Below, in pieces: positions 30,527-40,000 of a DNA stretch of 64,000 nt. How positions within the stretch are numbered: position 1 is the first letter of the stretch; the number at the start of each line of letters is the position of its first letter. The position numbers and the translations under genes were made by a program. The notes under the pieces were generated by a model. That model was given only the letters and a program-made list of their open reading frames with translations. It was not told the DNA's origin and did no database searches. Source of the stretch: Myxococcales bacterium (lineage in GTDB: Bacteria; Myxococcota_A; UBA9042); the NCBI GenBank assembly GCA_037441385.1, contig JBBISH010000007.1, positions 34,963 through 98,962 of the forward strand, written 5' to 3'.

Positions 30527-31768
30527 ATGTTCACGGGCTTCCATAGCATGTTGCGGGCCGCCGGGCTGCCGGTCGGCGTGGGCGAGTGGCTGGCCGTGGT
30601 GTCTGCACTCGACCGCGGCGCCATCGGCCCGTCGATGCCCGAGTTCTACCACGTCACCCGCGCGCTGGTGTGCCGCGACGAAGGAGACTTTGACCGGTTT
30701 GATCAAGCCTTTGCCGCGTATTTTCAGGGCGCTTCGCTGCCCGAGCCCCTGCATCAGCTCATCCACAGTTGGCTGGACAACCCGCTGGAGAAACCGCCGC
30801 TGACCCCCGAGGAACTGGCCGCGCTAGAGAGCTATGACCTAGAAACCCTTCGCAAACTTTACGAAGAACGCCTGAAACAGCAGACCGAGCGGCACGACGG
30901 CGGCTCGCACTGGATCGGCACGGGCGGCACCAGCCCGTTTGGGCAGGGCGGCCAGCACCCCACCGGAATGCGGGTGGGCGAAGGCGCTTCGGGCCGCGGG
31001 CAGGCCGTGTCGATGGCTAAAGCGCGCCGGTTCCGCAACTACCGCAGCGACGTGGTGCTGGACACCCGCCAGATTGCTGTGGCGATTCGCAAGTTGCGGC
31101 GGCTGGAGCACAAGTCGCGGCGGCTGGAGCTGGACATCGACGCGACCATCGCCGCTACGTCGCGAAATGGGGGCGAGATCGAGATCATCGAACGCCCCGA
31201 GCGGCGCAACCAGGCGCGGGTGGTGCTGATGCTCGACGCCGGCGGCTCGATGGACCCGCACGTTCGCACGGTCGAAGCGTTCTTTTCGGCGATGAAGCAA
31301 GGCGGCGGGCTGCGCGAAGTCGAGACGTACTACTTCCACAACTGCGTGTACGGCTTTGTCTATACCGACATGGCCATGCTGCACAAGAAACCGCTACCCG
31401 ACGTACTGCGTTCGGTTCCGCCGCACACCTACTTGATGATGGTGGGCGACGGCTGGATGGCGCCCCGCGAATTGTTCAGTCCCTACGGCGCCATCGAGTA
31501 CGGCATGGCCGACGAGGTACCCGGCATCGAGCGCATCGCCACCATCGCCGCCGCCTTCGAGCGTCGCGCCTGGCTCAACCCGATTCCCGACAACTATTGG
31601 GGCGAGTCGACCATCGGCGCCATCGCCGAGCTAGTACCCATGTTCCCGCTGACTGTGCAAGGAATGATCGACGCCGTGGCCACGTTGATGGGGCAAGGCG
31701 ACCGGCGCCCGCGACCCGTGCGCAAGCCACTTTGGTCCCGCGGCGAAGACCCCTTCGACTGGCCGTGA
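30527..31768 (+). CDS. VWA domain protein (CoxE-like partner of MoxR)
   Basis: HDGGSHWIGTGGTSPFG, MIDAS-like DAGGSM, YYFHNC, VGDG and WLNP. Confidence 0.88.
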   Translation: MFTGFHSMLRAAGLPVGVGEWLAVVSALDRGAIGPSMPEFYHVTRALVCRDEGDFDRFDQAFAAYFQGASLPEPLHQLIHSWLDNPLEKPPLTPEELAALESYDLETLRKLYEERLKQQTERHDGGSHWIGTGGTSPFGQGGQHPTGMRVGEGASGRGQAVSMAKARRFRNYRSDVVLDTRQIAVAIRKLRRLEHKSRRLELDIDATIAATSRNGGEIEIIERPERRNQARVVLMLDAGGSMDPHVRTVEAFFSAMKQGGGLREVETYYFHNCVYGFVYTDMAMLHKKPLPDVLRSVPPHTYLMMVGDGWMAPRELFSPYGAIEYGMADEVPGIERIATIAAAFERRAWLNPIPDNYWGESTIGAIAELVPMFPLTVQGMIDAVATLMGQGDRRPRPVRKPLWSRGEDPFDWP

Positions 31769-31785
31769 CCCCCTGCTGGAGTACG

Positions 31786-32988
31786 ATGCAAGTAATACGA
31801 ACCCCGTCTGATTCACGCCTGTACGGTTCCTCTGACCCGGTCTGCAACCGGCGAGAATCAGGCGGGGACCCCGGTTCGGGCCCGAAGAATTGCCGAAGTT
31901 TTCGAGCCGATTTGGACGGAAACCGTAAAAGGATTCTGGCAATTCAATTCGCGACCACCGCGGTAGTGGCCCTGGCTGCCGTCAACGGCCACGCAGTGCC
32001 ACCGCCGCAGCCCAGCGCCCCCGTGCTCGACGTGCCGCTCGAGGCCGGTCAGGTCGAAGAGGCCCGCTCGGTGCTCGGCCGCCAAGTGGCGGTGCGCGTT
32101 CAGGTGGCCGACAACACCGCCGGCCGCGCGGCCACCGGCAAGGCGCTTGCAGAAATCACGCGCATTCTCAACCAGTACCTAAGTCACAGCCGCCTATCCG
32201 AGCTGCACAGCATCAACGCCAACGCCGACAAGGACGAGGTGGTCGTGGGCGACGAGATCCACGCCTTGCTCCAGCGGTCCTTGGATCTGTGCCGGCAGAC
32301 CGGGGGCGCCTACGATCCGACCGTGGCAAGCTACGATTACTTGTGGAATTTTGAGCACAGGCCGTTCGTGCGTCCCCTGCCGGACGAGGTCGCGGCCCGG
32401 CGCGCCATCGCCACGTGCAAGAACATGGTCATCAAGCCCAACCATACGATTCGCCTGATGAAGCCGGGTATGCGAGTGACCTTGGCCGGCTTGGCTACCG
32501 GGTTTGCGCTCGAGCGCGCGGCACAGGTGCTCCGCGACGCCAACGTCGAGAACTTCCGCATCCAAATCGGCGGCTCGGTGTACGTGCAAGGCCGGATGGG
32601 CACTCGGCATTGGTACACCACCGCGCCGAACTCGCGGCGGCCCGGCGCCCCCTTGGCACAGCTCTACCTAAGCAGTCACGCGGCCATTACCCGCTCGGAC
32701 AGCGATCTGTGGGTCATGCGCGGCAACCACCGCTACCACGACGTGCTGGACCCGCGCACGGGCTCGCCCAGCGAGGGCGTAGTCCAGGTGACCGTCATTG
32801 GCACCGAGCCCACCGTGGCCGACGCCCTGGCCTACGCCGCGATGGTGCTGGGGCCCAAGGCCGGTTTGGAACTGCTGGAAAAACAAAAGAACGTCGAGGG
32901 CTTCTTGGTCGACAGCCAAGGTCGGGTGCTGGCGACCAAAGGCATTGCCGACGTCGCCCGCCTGCCCGCCAAGATGGAGTTGCAGTAG
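31786..32988 (+). CDS. apbE: FAD:protein FMN transferase (ApbE family), divergent
   Basis: SELHSIN, TGGAYDPTV, YHDVLDPRTG and VTVIG...ADALA. Start uncertain: ATG 31786 with GGAG SD, or a TTG inside the repeat. Confidence 0.75.
   Translation: MQVIRTPSDSRLYGSSDPVCNRRESGGDPGSGPKNCRSFRADLDGNRKRILAIQFATTAVVALAAVNGHAVPPPQPSAPVLDVPLEAGQVEEARSVLGRQVAVRVQVADNTAGRAATGKALAEITRILNQYLSHSRLSELHSINANADKDEVVVGDEIHALLQRSLDLCRQTGGAYDPTVASYDYLWNFEHRPFVRPLPDEVAARRAIATCKNMVIKPNHTIRLMKPGMRVTLAGLATGFALERAAQVLRDANVENFRIQIGGSVYVQGRMGTRHWYTTAPNSRRPGAPLAQLYLSSHAAITRSDSDLWVMRGNHRYHDVLDPRTGSPSEGVVQVTVIGTEPTVADALAYAAMVLGPKAGLELLEKQKNVEGFLVDSQGRVLATKGIADVARLPAKMELQ
31795..31927 (+). repeat. Dispersed repeat family A, copy 2 (inside the 5' end of the apbE ORF)
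   Basis: TACGAACCCCGTCTGATTCACGCCTGTACGG...GAGAATCAGGCGGGGACCCCGGTTCGG...GGACGGAAACCGTA. Confidence 0.85.
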
Positions 32989-32994
32989 GGGTCT

Positions 32995-34095
32995 TCAGCC
33001 CGCAACACCGCGCAACGCTTCGAATTCCTTGGCACCAAATCGTACCGGCCGCTGCGGCAGCTTGGACCAAGCAAAGCGCGGCACCAGCTCGGCCAGCGTC
33101 GCCGCAGCCCCCAATCCCACCGACTCGCCGATCCAGCGCACCAGCGCCGCCGCCGGCACCCCAGCTTGGCGCAGACTGTGCAAGTGCAGGGACGCATTGC
33201 GTTTGGCCAACCGCCGACCGTCGTCGCCCAGCACCAGCGGCAGGTGGTAGTGCCGCGGCGGCGTCCACGTGCGCGCCCGCAGCCAAAATGGCCGCATCGC
33301 CAAATCGGATGGCGCGTCAGCCAGTTCTAGCTCTGCCACCTGGGCCAGGGCCGTGTAGACCGCCAACTGCTGACCCGTCACCTCGAGCAAATCGTCGCCG
33401 CGCACCACCTCGCGCACGCCCATCGCCAAGTCGTCGATCACCACCGCCAGCATGTAGGCAAAACCGCCGTCTTTGCGCTGGACTACGATGTCACCGCACG
33501 TCGCCGGCAAGCTGACGCGCTGCGGACCGCACAGCTGATCGACGAATTCCAGCTCGGCGTTGGGCACCTTGAGCCGCAGCGCCACGCCCTGGGCGGCCCG
33601 CCCCTCGGCCGCCGCGCGCGCCTGTTCGAACTGCAACGCTGCTTCGATGCTAGAAAAACGGTCACGGCACGTACCCGGGTAGGCTTGACCGCGGTCCTCA
33701 AGGTGCGGCGCCCGCGCAGCTTGATCGATGTCTTTGCGCGTACACACGCACGGATACACCAGCCCGTGCCGCGCCAAAGCCGCTAGCACCGCCGCGTGCA
33801 CGGGAGCCCGAGCACTTTGCAGACACCAGGGCGGCTCGTCGCCCACGGGCGGCTGCGGCTGCCACAGCGCGCCCGACTCGGCCCCATCCCAGTCCAGGCC
33901 CAGCCAGCGCAGATCCGCCAGCATTGGCGCGATGTTCGGCCCCTGCCCGGGCAACAGGTCCTCGATGCGCAGGTAGATGCGCCCGTCGGCAGCCCGCGCC
34001 GCCAGCCAAGCCAGCACCAAGCTACGGGCATTGCCCACGTGCAGGATCCCCGTGGGGCTGGGGGCCAAACGGCCGATATGCAAGGGACTTGCCAT
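32995..34095 (-). CDS. gluQ: tRNA glutamyl-Q(34) synthetase
   Basis: GRLAPSPTGILHVGN, LRIEDL, YPCVCTRKDI...YPGTCR, LAVVIDD...VVRGDDL and RLAKR; no anticodon-binding domain. Confidence 0.88.
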   Translation of the reverse strand: MASPLHIGRLAPSPTGILHVGNARSLVLAWLAARAADGRIYLRIEDLLPGQGPNIAPMLADLRWLGLDWDGAESGALWQPQPPVGDEPPWCLQSARAPVHAAVLAALARHGLVYPCVCTRKDIDQAARAPHLEDRGQAYPGTCRDRFSSIEAALQFEQARAAAEGRAAQGVALRLKVPNAELEFVDQLCGPQRVSLPATCGDIVVQRKDGGFAYMLAVVIDDLAMGVREVVRGDDLLEVTGQQLAVYTALAQVAELELADAPSDLAMRPFWLRARTWTPPRHYHLPLVLGDDGRRLAKRNASLHLHSLRQAGVPAAALVRWIGESVGLGAAATLAELVPRFAWSKLPQRPVRFGAKEFEALRGVAG

Positions 34096-34181
34096 GACAG
34101 CATGGGTGCGAAGTGGGGCAAAAACACCAGCGGGCAGGGAGCTTGTGGCCACCCTGCCCGCCCGATGGGTTCACGAACGAC

Positions 34182-36686
34182 TTACGGGAAGTTGGTCACG
34201 TTGTCGACCTTGAGGCACAGCTTGCCGGCGCCCATGTAGCTCGACCAGTTGTGCGCGATGTAGCCGTCGCTGTAGTCCACGTGGTCCCAGCTGTACAGAC
34301 CGCCCACGTACAGCGAGTGGCCGGTCATCTGAATGTAGCCGTTGTTATTCCAGCCCTTCAGCGTGTCCATCGGCATCGACACGTAGCCGCTGGGGCAGTT
34401 GCCGGTCTTGATCGTGCGCACGTTCAAGTACGGTTTGGCGACGCGGGCGAAGTACTTCCAGCACATCGCGGTCACGTGGCTGTTGTGGTAGTAGGTCTGG
34501 GCGTAGTTGTCGCCGCCGTAGCCCCAGCCGCCCATGCCGCCAAAGTAGCTGGAGTTGTCGGTCACCACGTTGTAGGTGTAGCCGTTGCTGCTCTGGATGG
34601 CCGTGACCGCCTTGGCATTCCAACCAGTGGGGCACTTGCTGATGTCCATCACGCCAAACACGACCGGGAACACGCCCGACTGGGTGGCCGGCTCTTCGGT
34701 GGTGCCGTAGACCTTGAAGCAGACGTCCGTGGCTTCCGTGGTCACACTGCGGCGCTGCCAGCCGCCAAATTCGTTGTAGGCCTGGGCGTTGTAGTCCCAC
34801 GTGTCCACGTAGCCCATGTAGGTGCCGGCGCGATTGCTGATGAAGTAGGCGTTGTTGTTGTTGCCGCGCAGCTTGGCCACCGGCACCCAGGTGTAGCCGG
34901 TGGGGCAGGAGTTGGCGCCCGCGTTGGCGCTGGGCATGAACACGCTGATGTGGGCGTTGCCGGTGGGCACGTCCCACGTCTTGTAGCACATGACGGCCGC
35001 GCCCTGGTTCATGTTGGTGTAGGCGAAGCCCATGTAATTGTACATTTGGCCGTAGGCCTTGCCCTGCATGCCACCCATCCAGAAGCCGCTGGTCAGCAAG
35101 TTGACGTACACGTAATTGTCGTCGCCGATGAGGTTCGACACCGGCTCTTGCGTCCAGCCGGCCGGGCAGTTGACGCCGTCGCGCATGCTCATCATCACGG
35201 TGTACTTCGACGTGTTGACCTTGACTTCCGGAGCGGTGCTGGTGATCAGGCCGCCGATGGCCGCGTCCTTCTTGAAGCTCACGTTGCCGTCGACGATCAG
35301 ATCGCCCTTGATCTGGATCTTCTTGTTCGACAGGGTCTGGATGTTGATCGACCAGTTGTACTTGCCGTCGGCGCCGCCGCCCAGGTTCTGCAGCGTGTCC
35401 TTGACAACGATCGACCACGCGCCGGCGATGTTCTTGCCCTTCCAGTCGCCGGTCAGGTCGCCCTTGACGATCGCGTCGGTGTCATTGAACTTCATCGACA
35501 GGGTGGTGCCGGACTTGCCACCGGAGTACAGGTTGTACGGCGTGCTCAGACCGGGGCCGTACAGGTCAACGACCAACTTGCTCACATCGCTGTTGGTGGC
35601 GTCGAACGAGACCGAGATCTTCTGGGCCAGGCCGATGTCCGGGAAGTTCAACGTGTCGGACACGCCCGCGACCAAGCCGTCTTTGATGACCACGTCGGCC
35701 GTGCCCGAGGTCGAGTCGACGAACTGGTTGTAGATCAGGCCGTTCGACACCTCGTCGATGCCGTCGCCCGGCATGTCGCCTTCGACCAGCTTGACGCAGT
35801 TGATCGAACCGTCGGCGTTGTAGCCCTTCATGTACAGGCCGGTGCCGCACAGCGAGTTGACCGCCGGGATCGCCGGCTTGTTGGTCAGGTCGGCGTACGA
35901 GCCGGTGGTGGCGACTTTGGCCAGGTTGGGCGTGTTGGTCAGGTCGGTGTAGCTGCCGGTGCCGGCGACCTTGGCCAGCGACGACGCCTGGACGTAGTTG
36001 GCCAGATCACTGGTCTTGGCATAGGGGGTCAGGTCTGGCCCACCGGTCAAGTCCGAGTACTTGCCGCTGGTGGCCACCTTGGCGAGGGACGCGGACTTGG
36101 CATAGTCGGCCAGGTCCGTCGTCTTGGCGTAGGCGCCCAGGTCGGCGGCCTTGGCGTAGGCGCTCAGATCGCTGGTCTTGGCATAGGGCTGCAGCACCGC
36201 GGCGTCGATCATCGCGCCCTTGACGCAACCCGAGCAATCCAAGCCTTCGGCCAGGCTGGCGCGCAGGGCGTACAGCGAGGCGCCCAGCGGCTGCCGACCC
36301 AGCTCTGGATCACTGCCAATCTGAATCGAAAGGTACGGGGTCGCCAGGCTGAGCACGGCGGCCGTCAGTGGCGTCTTGCTGCCCATCAGGTACGCCATCT
36401 GGCCGTTCTTGACCGAGATGGCCACCGGGCCTTCGGTCCAGACTGGGTTGCCGCCGGTCGCCGCCGCGAACAGCGCAAAGGTAACCTGGTAGGTGCCATC
36501 TGCAGCCGGACCGCCGCCCGTAGACAGCAGCAAGCCTTCGACCGAGGCGGCAGCCGGCATGGCGGCCTGAGCCGGGGCAGCGCCCAAGAGCAGTGCGCCG
36601 GTCAGCGTGGCACCAGCCAACAAAGCCTTCATGATAGGGGAGTTCGCGCGATTGGGCACGCGCTGCGCTTGAGTCGTTGCAGGCAT
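34182..36686 (-). CDS. Secreted phage-tail-fibre-like adhesin with a P-domain and four C-terminal Cys/aromatic repeats
   Basis: AGGAG SD, signal peptide, N-domain (GTYQVTFALF...VWTE...LSIQIGSDPEL.RQPL), DLxxYAK and LAKVATSGxYxDL repeats, proprotein-convertase P-like domain (GKNIAGAWSIVVKD) and four CPxG(W/Y)...CxK units. Confidence 0.8.
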   Translation of the reverse strand: MPATTQAQRVPNRANSPIMKALLAGATLTGALLLGAAPAQAAMPAAASVEGLLLSTGGGPAADGTYQVTFALFAAATGGNPVWTEGPVAISVKNGQMAYLMGSKTPLTAAVLSLATPYLSIQIGSDPELGRQPLGASLYALRASLAEGLDCSGCVKGAMIDAAVLQPYAKTSDLSAYAKAADLGAYAKTTDLADYAKSASLAKVATSGKYSDLTGGPDLTPYAKTSDLANYVQASSLAKVAGTGSYTDLTNTPNLAKVATTGSYADLTNKPAIPAVNSLCGTGLYMKGYNADGSINCVKLVEGDMPGDGIDEVSNGLIYNQFVDSTSGTADVVIKDGLVAGVSDTLNFPDIGLAQKISVSFDATNSDVSKLVVDLYGPGLSTPYNLYSGGKSGTTLSMKFNDTDAIVKGDLTGDWKGKNIAGAWSIVVKDTLQNLGGGADGKYNWSINIQTLSNKKIQIKGDLIVDGNVSFKKDAAIGGLITSTAPEVKVNTSKYTVMMSMRDGVNCPAGWTQEPVSNLIGDDNYVYVNLLTSGFWMGGMQGKAYGQMYNYMGFAYTNMNQGAAVMCYKTWDVPTGNAHISVFMPSANAGANSCPTGYTWVPVAKLRGNNNNAYFISNRAGTYMGYVDTWDYNAQAYNEFGGWQRRSVTTEATDVCFKVYGTTEEPATQSGVFPVVFGVMDISKCPTGWNAKAVTAIQSSNGYTYNVVTDNSSYFGGMGGWGYGGDNYAQTYYHNSHVTAMCWKYFARVAKPYLNVRTIKTGNCPSGYVSMPMDTLKGWNNNGYIQMTGHSLYVGGLYSWDHVDYSDGYIAHNWSSYMGAGKLCLKVDNVTNFP

Positions 36687-37000
36687 TCTCGCTCCTGTCG
36701 CCTCGTCCCCGGCCGGACATGTGCCGGTGGATGCGAAGGCATCGAGGTCGACCACCGGGCGGGGCGTTGGCGCGGACTCCGCTGTGGAAACAGCAGCGCG
36801 GCTCGCCGGTGCGACGTCGCAAGCAGCGTAGCAACGTTGCCGGCGGCTGGCAATGGTCAAATGCTGCACCCAAACGGGTACCTGAGGCGTCGAAGTCCAG
36901 GTGCCGCTGGACGCTGCGCCGGCGGCGCGCTCGCTTGACAGCCTTGCAGCGCCGGGTTCAACCTCTGCCTCACAAACCGGCAAAATCCCAGGGGGTCCCT

Positions 37001-40000
37001 ATGCTCAACAGCCATCCCATGGAGCTGCATCGCGATTTCTTGCGCCACGGCCAGCGCAAGCCCGCCGTCGAGCTGGTTGAGCGGCACGGCCCGCTGCTGC
37101 GCGCGTGGCTACAGTTCACGGAACCGACTGCGAGCGACCTCAAATTCTGCAATGTGATCGGCCAGTTCCTTGGAACACCCTACCGCGGCGTTGGCGAGCT
37201 GTGGCTGCCGTTGCTGCTGGCACGCGGCCACGCCAGCAGTCCAACCGAACGCAATCGTTGCGCTTTGTGGCTGGCGGCTCAGACGGGCTGGACGCCGGAA
37301 CAACTGGGCGCCGCGCTGGCCATTCAAGCCGACGAGGCGGCCGCGGCACTGCAAAGCGCCGTGCTCGAGGCCACGCAAGCTGGGGAGAATCCAGAAAAAG
37401 ACCCGACGCAGCTTGGCCCACTCCATCCGTCGCGAAGCCAACTTGCTGGGGCGGCGACCCGGTCGCTTGGGCCGGCCGGCGCCAGCGAAGCCGCCCTGCA
37501 TCTGACCTGGTGCACACCTTGCAGAGACGAAGTGGGGCGCCTGGCCACAGCGGCTCAGGCCGCGTCCGCAGACCTGCCCGCGCTGGACCCACAGCTGATC
37601 CAAAAAGCCGTGGACTCGGCCGTGACCGCGCGCGAAGAAAATGCCATGGGTCCGCGTATTTCGCGCTTCTTGGGGCTTCGTCCTGGGGCCAAGTGGCGGG
37701 CGCTGCGGTTGGCGGCCATCGCGGCTGGGCTCCTGCTGTGCTTGGCGAGCGCCATCACCCAAGTGCGCCACCGCTGGATCGAAGACGAGCAGCCGGGGCC
37801 CATGCTGAGGGTCCAACTGGGGCCAACCCTGCGTGTGGGCGAGCCGGTGGCCATCGCGGTAGCGGCCTTGGATGGCGCGGGCGTGCCCTACACTGCCGCG
37901 ACCCGCACCGCCGTGCAGCTTGCCGTCCTGGACGACCACGGCCGAACGCTGGCGACCCGCGCCGTGGCGCTGGAGGCCGATGGCACTGCCCACACCACCC
38001 TGACCGTGGCGAGTCTGGACCAGAGGCAGCGGTCGGGCTATCTGCAGGCAACGGCGATACTAGCTGGCCACGAGCGGCGCGCCCAGGTCGACGTGACCGT
38101 GGAGCAGGTGATTCGGCAACATCTTTCGCCGGACAAGCCTACCTACCAGCCTGGGCAGACGGTGCACCTGCGCGGGCTGACCTTTGAGGGGGGCAGCGGC
38201 AAGCCGCTGGCCGGAAAGGCGGCGCGGTTGGAGCTGCGGGATCCCAAGGGCACGCGCGTGGCGCGCAGCGACGTCACGGTCTCGCCGATGGGCGTCAGCT
38301 CGGCCGACATCGAACTGGCGGGCGGGGCGGCGCTCGGCACCTGGCACGCGGTGCTGAAGGTGGGCGAGACCGAGACTTCGGTGCCCATCACCGTCGAGCG
38401 CTACAGCCTGCCACCGTTCAGCGTCAAGGTGACGCCATCCGTGAAGTCCATGACGGATCTGGTGGATTTTGACGTAGACGTGGCGGCCAACCTGATGACC
38501 GGTACGCCGCTGACGGCCGGCAAAGCCAGCCTGACCGCCAGATTGGGCGGGCAGACGCTAGCCTACGACGTCAAGCCGCTGGGCGCGGCGCCGGTGCGTT
38601 TCCACGTGACCATGCCCAAGGGCAAAGACAACAACCTGCGCAGCTACGGGCACTTCTTTGAACAAGTTCAGCTAGAGGTGGTGGTGCGCGACCCCGCCGG
38701 GCGGGCCGAGAGCGGCGCGGGCACGGTCAAGGTGGTGCGCGACCAGATGCGGGTGACTGTGGCGAGCCAAGCGCCGTCGGTACGCCGCGACCTGCCGCGA
38801 CCCAACAAGATCTTGGTGCGGGCGGTGCGGGTCGATGACTCGCCCGTGCAGACCCAGGTGGCGCTGTTTGCGCCGGGCGACGGCGAGCAAGAGACCGTGG
38901 GCGCTGGCGAAAAGCTGGGCGAGGGCACCACGGGTCCCGACGGCATTGCGGCGCTGGACCTGCCGCCAGCGTTTTTTGGCAGGCCGCTGGCGGTCTTGGC
39001 CAAGGACCCCAAGGACGGGCGCACCTACTGGACGCGGCTGGAGCCACCCCAACTGCGCGAGGGCAACCTGCCGCTGGCCTGCGACAAGGCCTTGATTCGG
39101 GCTGGCGATACGCTGACTTGCGAAGTGTTTGCCCCGCTGGCGGCGCGGCCTCAGGTGCGAGCGGAGCTGGATGGCCGCACGGTGGCGATGGTGGCGACAC
39201 CCGCCAAGCCGGGGATCGCGCAGGTGGCCATCCAGATTCCCGACGAGGTGGTGGGCCTGGTACTCATCGCGGTCGACGGCGCGCCCGAGGACGATGTGCT
39301 GAAGGTGCTGGTGGCGCCCAAGGACGGCCTGCGGGTGGCGCTAAGGGGCCTGGAGGCCAAGAAACCCGGCGAAGAGGCTCAGGTTTTGCTGAAGGTCAGC
39401 GACAGCGCGGGTAAGCCCAAGGCAGCGGCGGTGGGTCTGGCAGTGGTCGACGCGGCAGTGTTTGCGCGGGTGGCCGGCGAGACACCCGACAAGGTCATCG
39501 CGGCGTTGTTTGCCCAAAGCGAGCTGGCCGAGGCGGCGATGGCGCTGCTTTTCCCAGAGGCGGAGCCGGGTACCCCCGGCGGGCAGGGGCAGTGGACGCC
39601 GGCCCAGCAGGCCGCAGCGCGCTGGTTCCTGGCCGGTCAGAGCGGCAGCGCCGGGCCGATGCACGACGCCTCGTCGCAACAAAGCGACCTGGACCGGCTG
39701 CGCAATGTGCAGGTCGATGCGCGGATTTTGGCCGACAATACCCTGCACTGGACACTGCTGGTTTGGTCCGCGCTGCTGGCCTTGGCGCTGCTGGTGGCAT
39801 CCTTCTGGTTGCGCAACACGGCGGGCGCGGCCTTGATCGCGCTGGCGATCGGCGGGATGGCCAAGTGGCTGATGAGCGAAGTGGTCGACATCGACCGGCG
39901 CACGGCGGATCCGGTGGTGCTGTTGCTGGCGATTGCCGCGTTCGGCATGGTACTTTGGCTGGTGGTACGCGAGCGGCGCAAGGTCACGCAAGCTGCGGCG

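Noticed and set aside
34182..35210. Diversity-generating retroelement target in the Asn/Tyr-rich fibre tip
   Set aside because: No reverse transcriptase and no near-identical template repeat in the window.
34113..36938. 941-aa plus-strand ORF
   Set aside because: Antisense shadow of the fibre gene; V/G/H-rich composition with no motifs.
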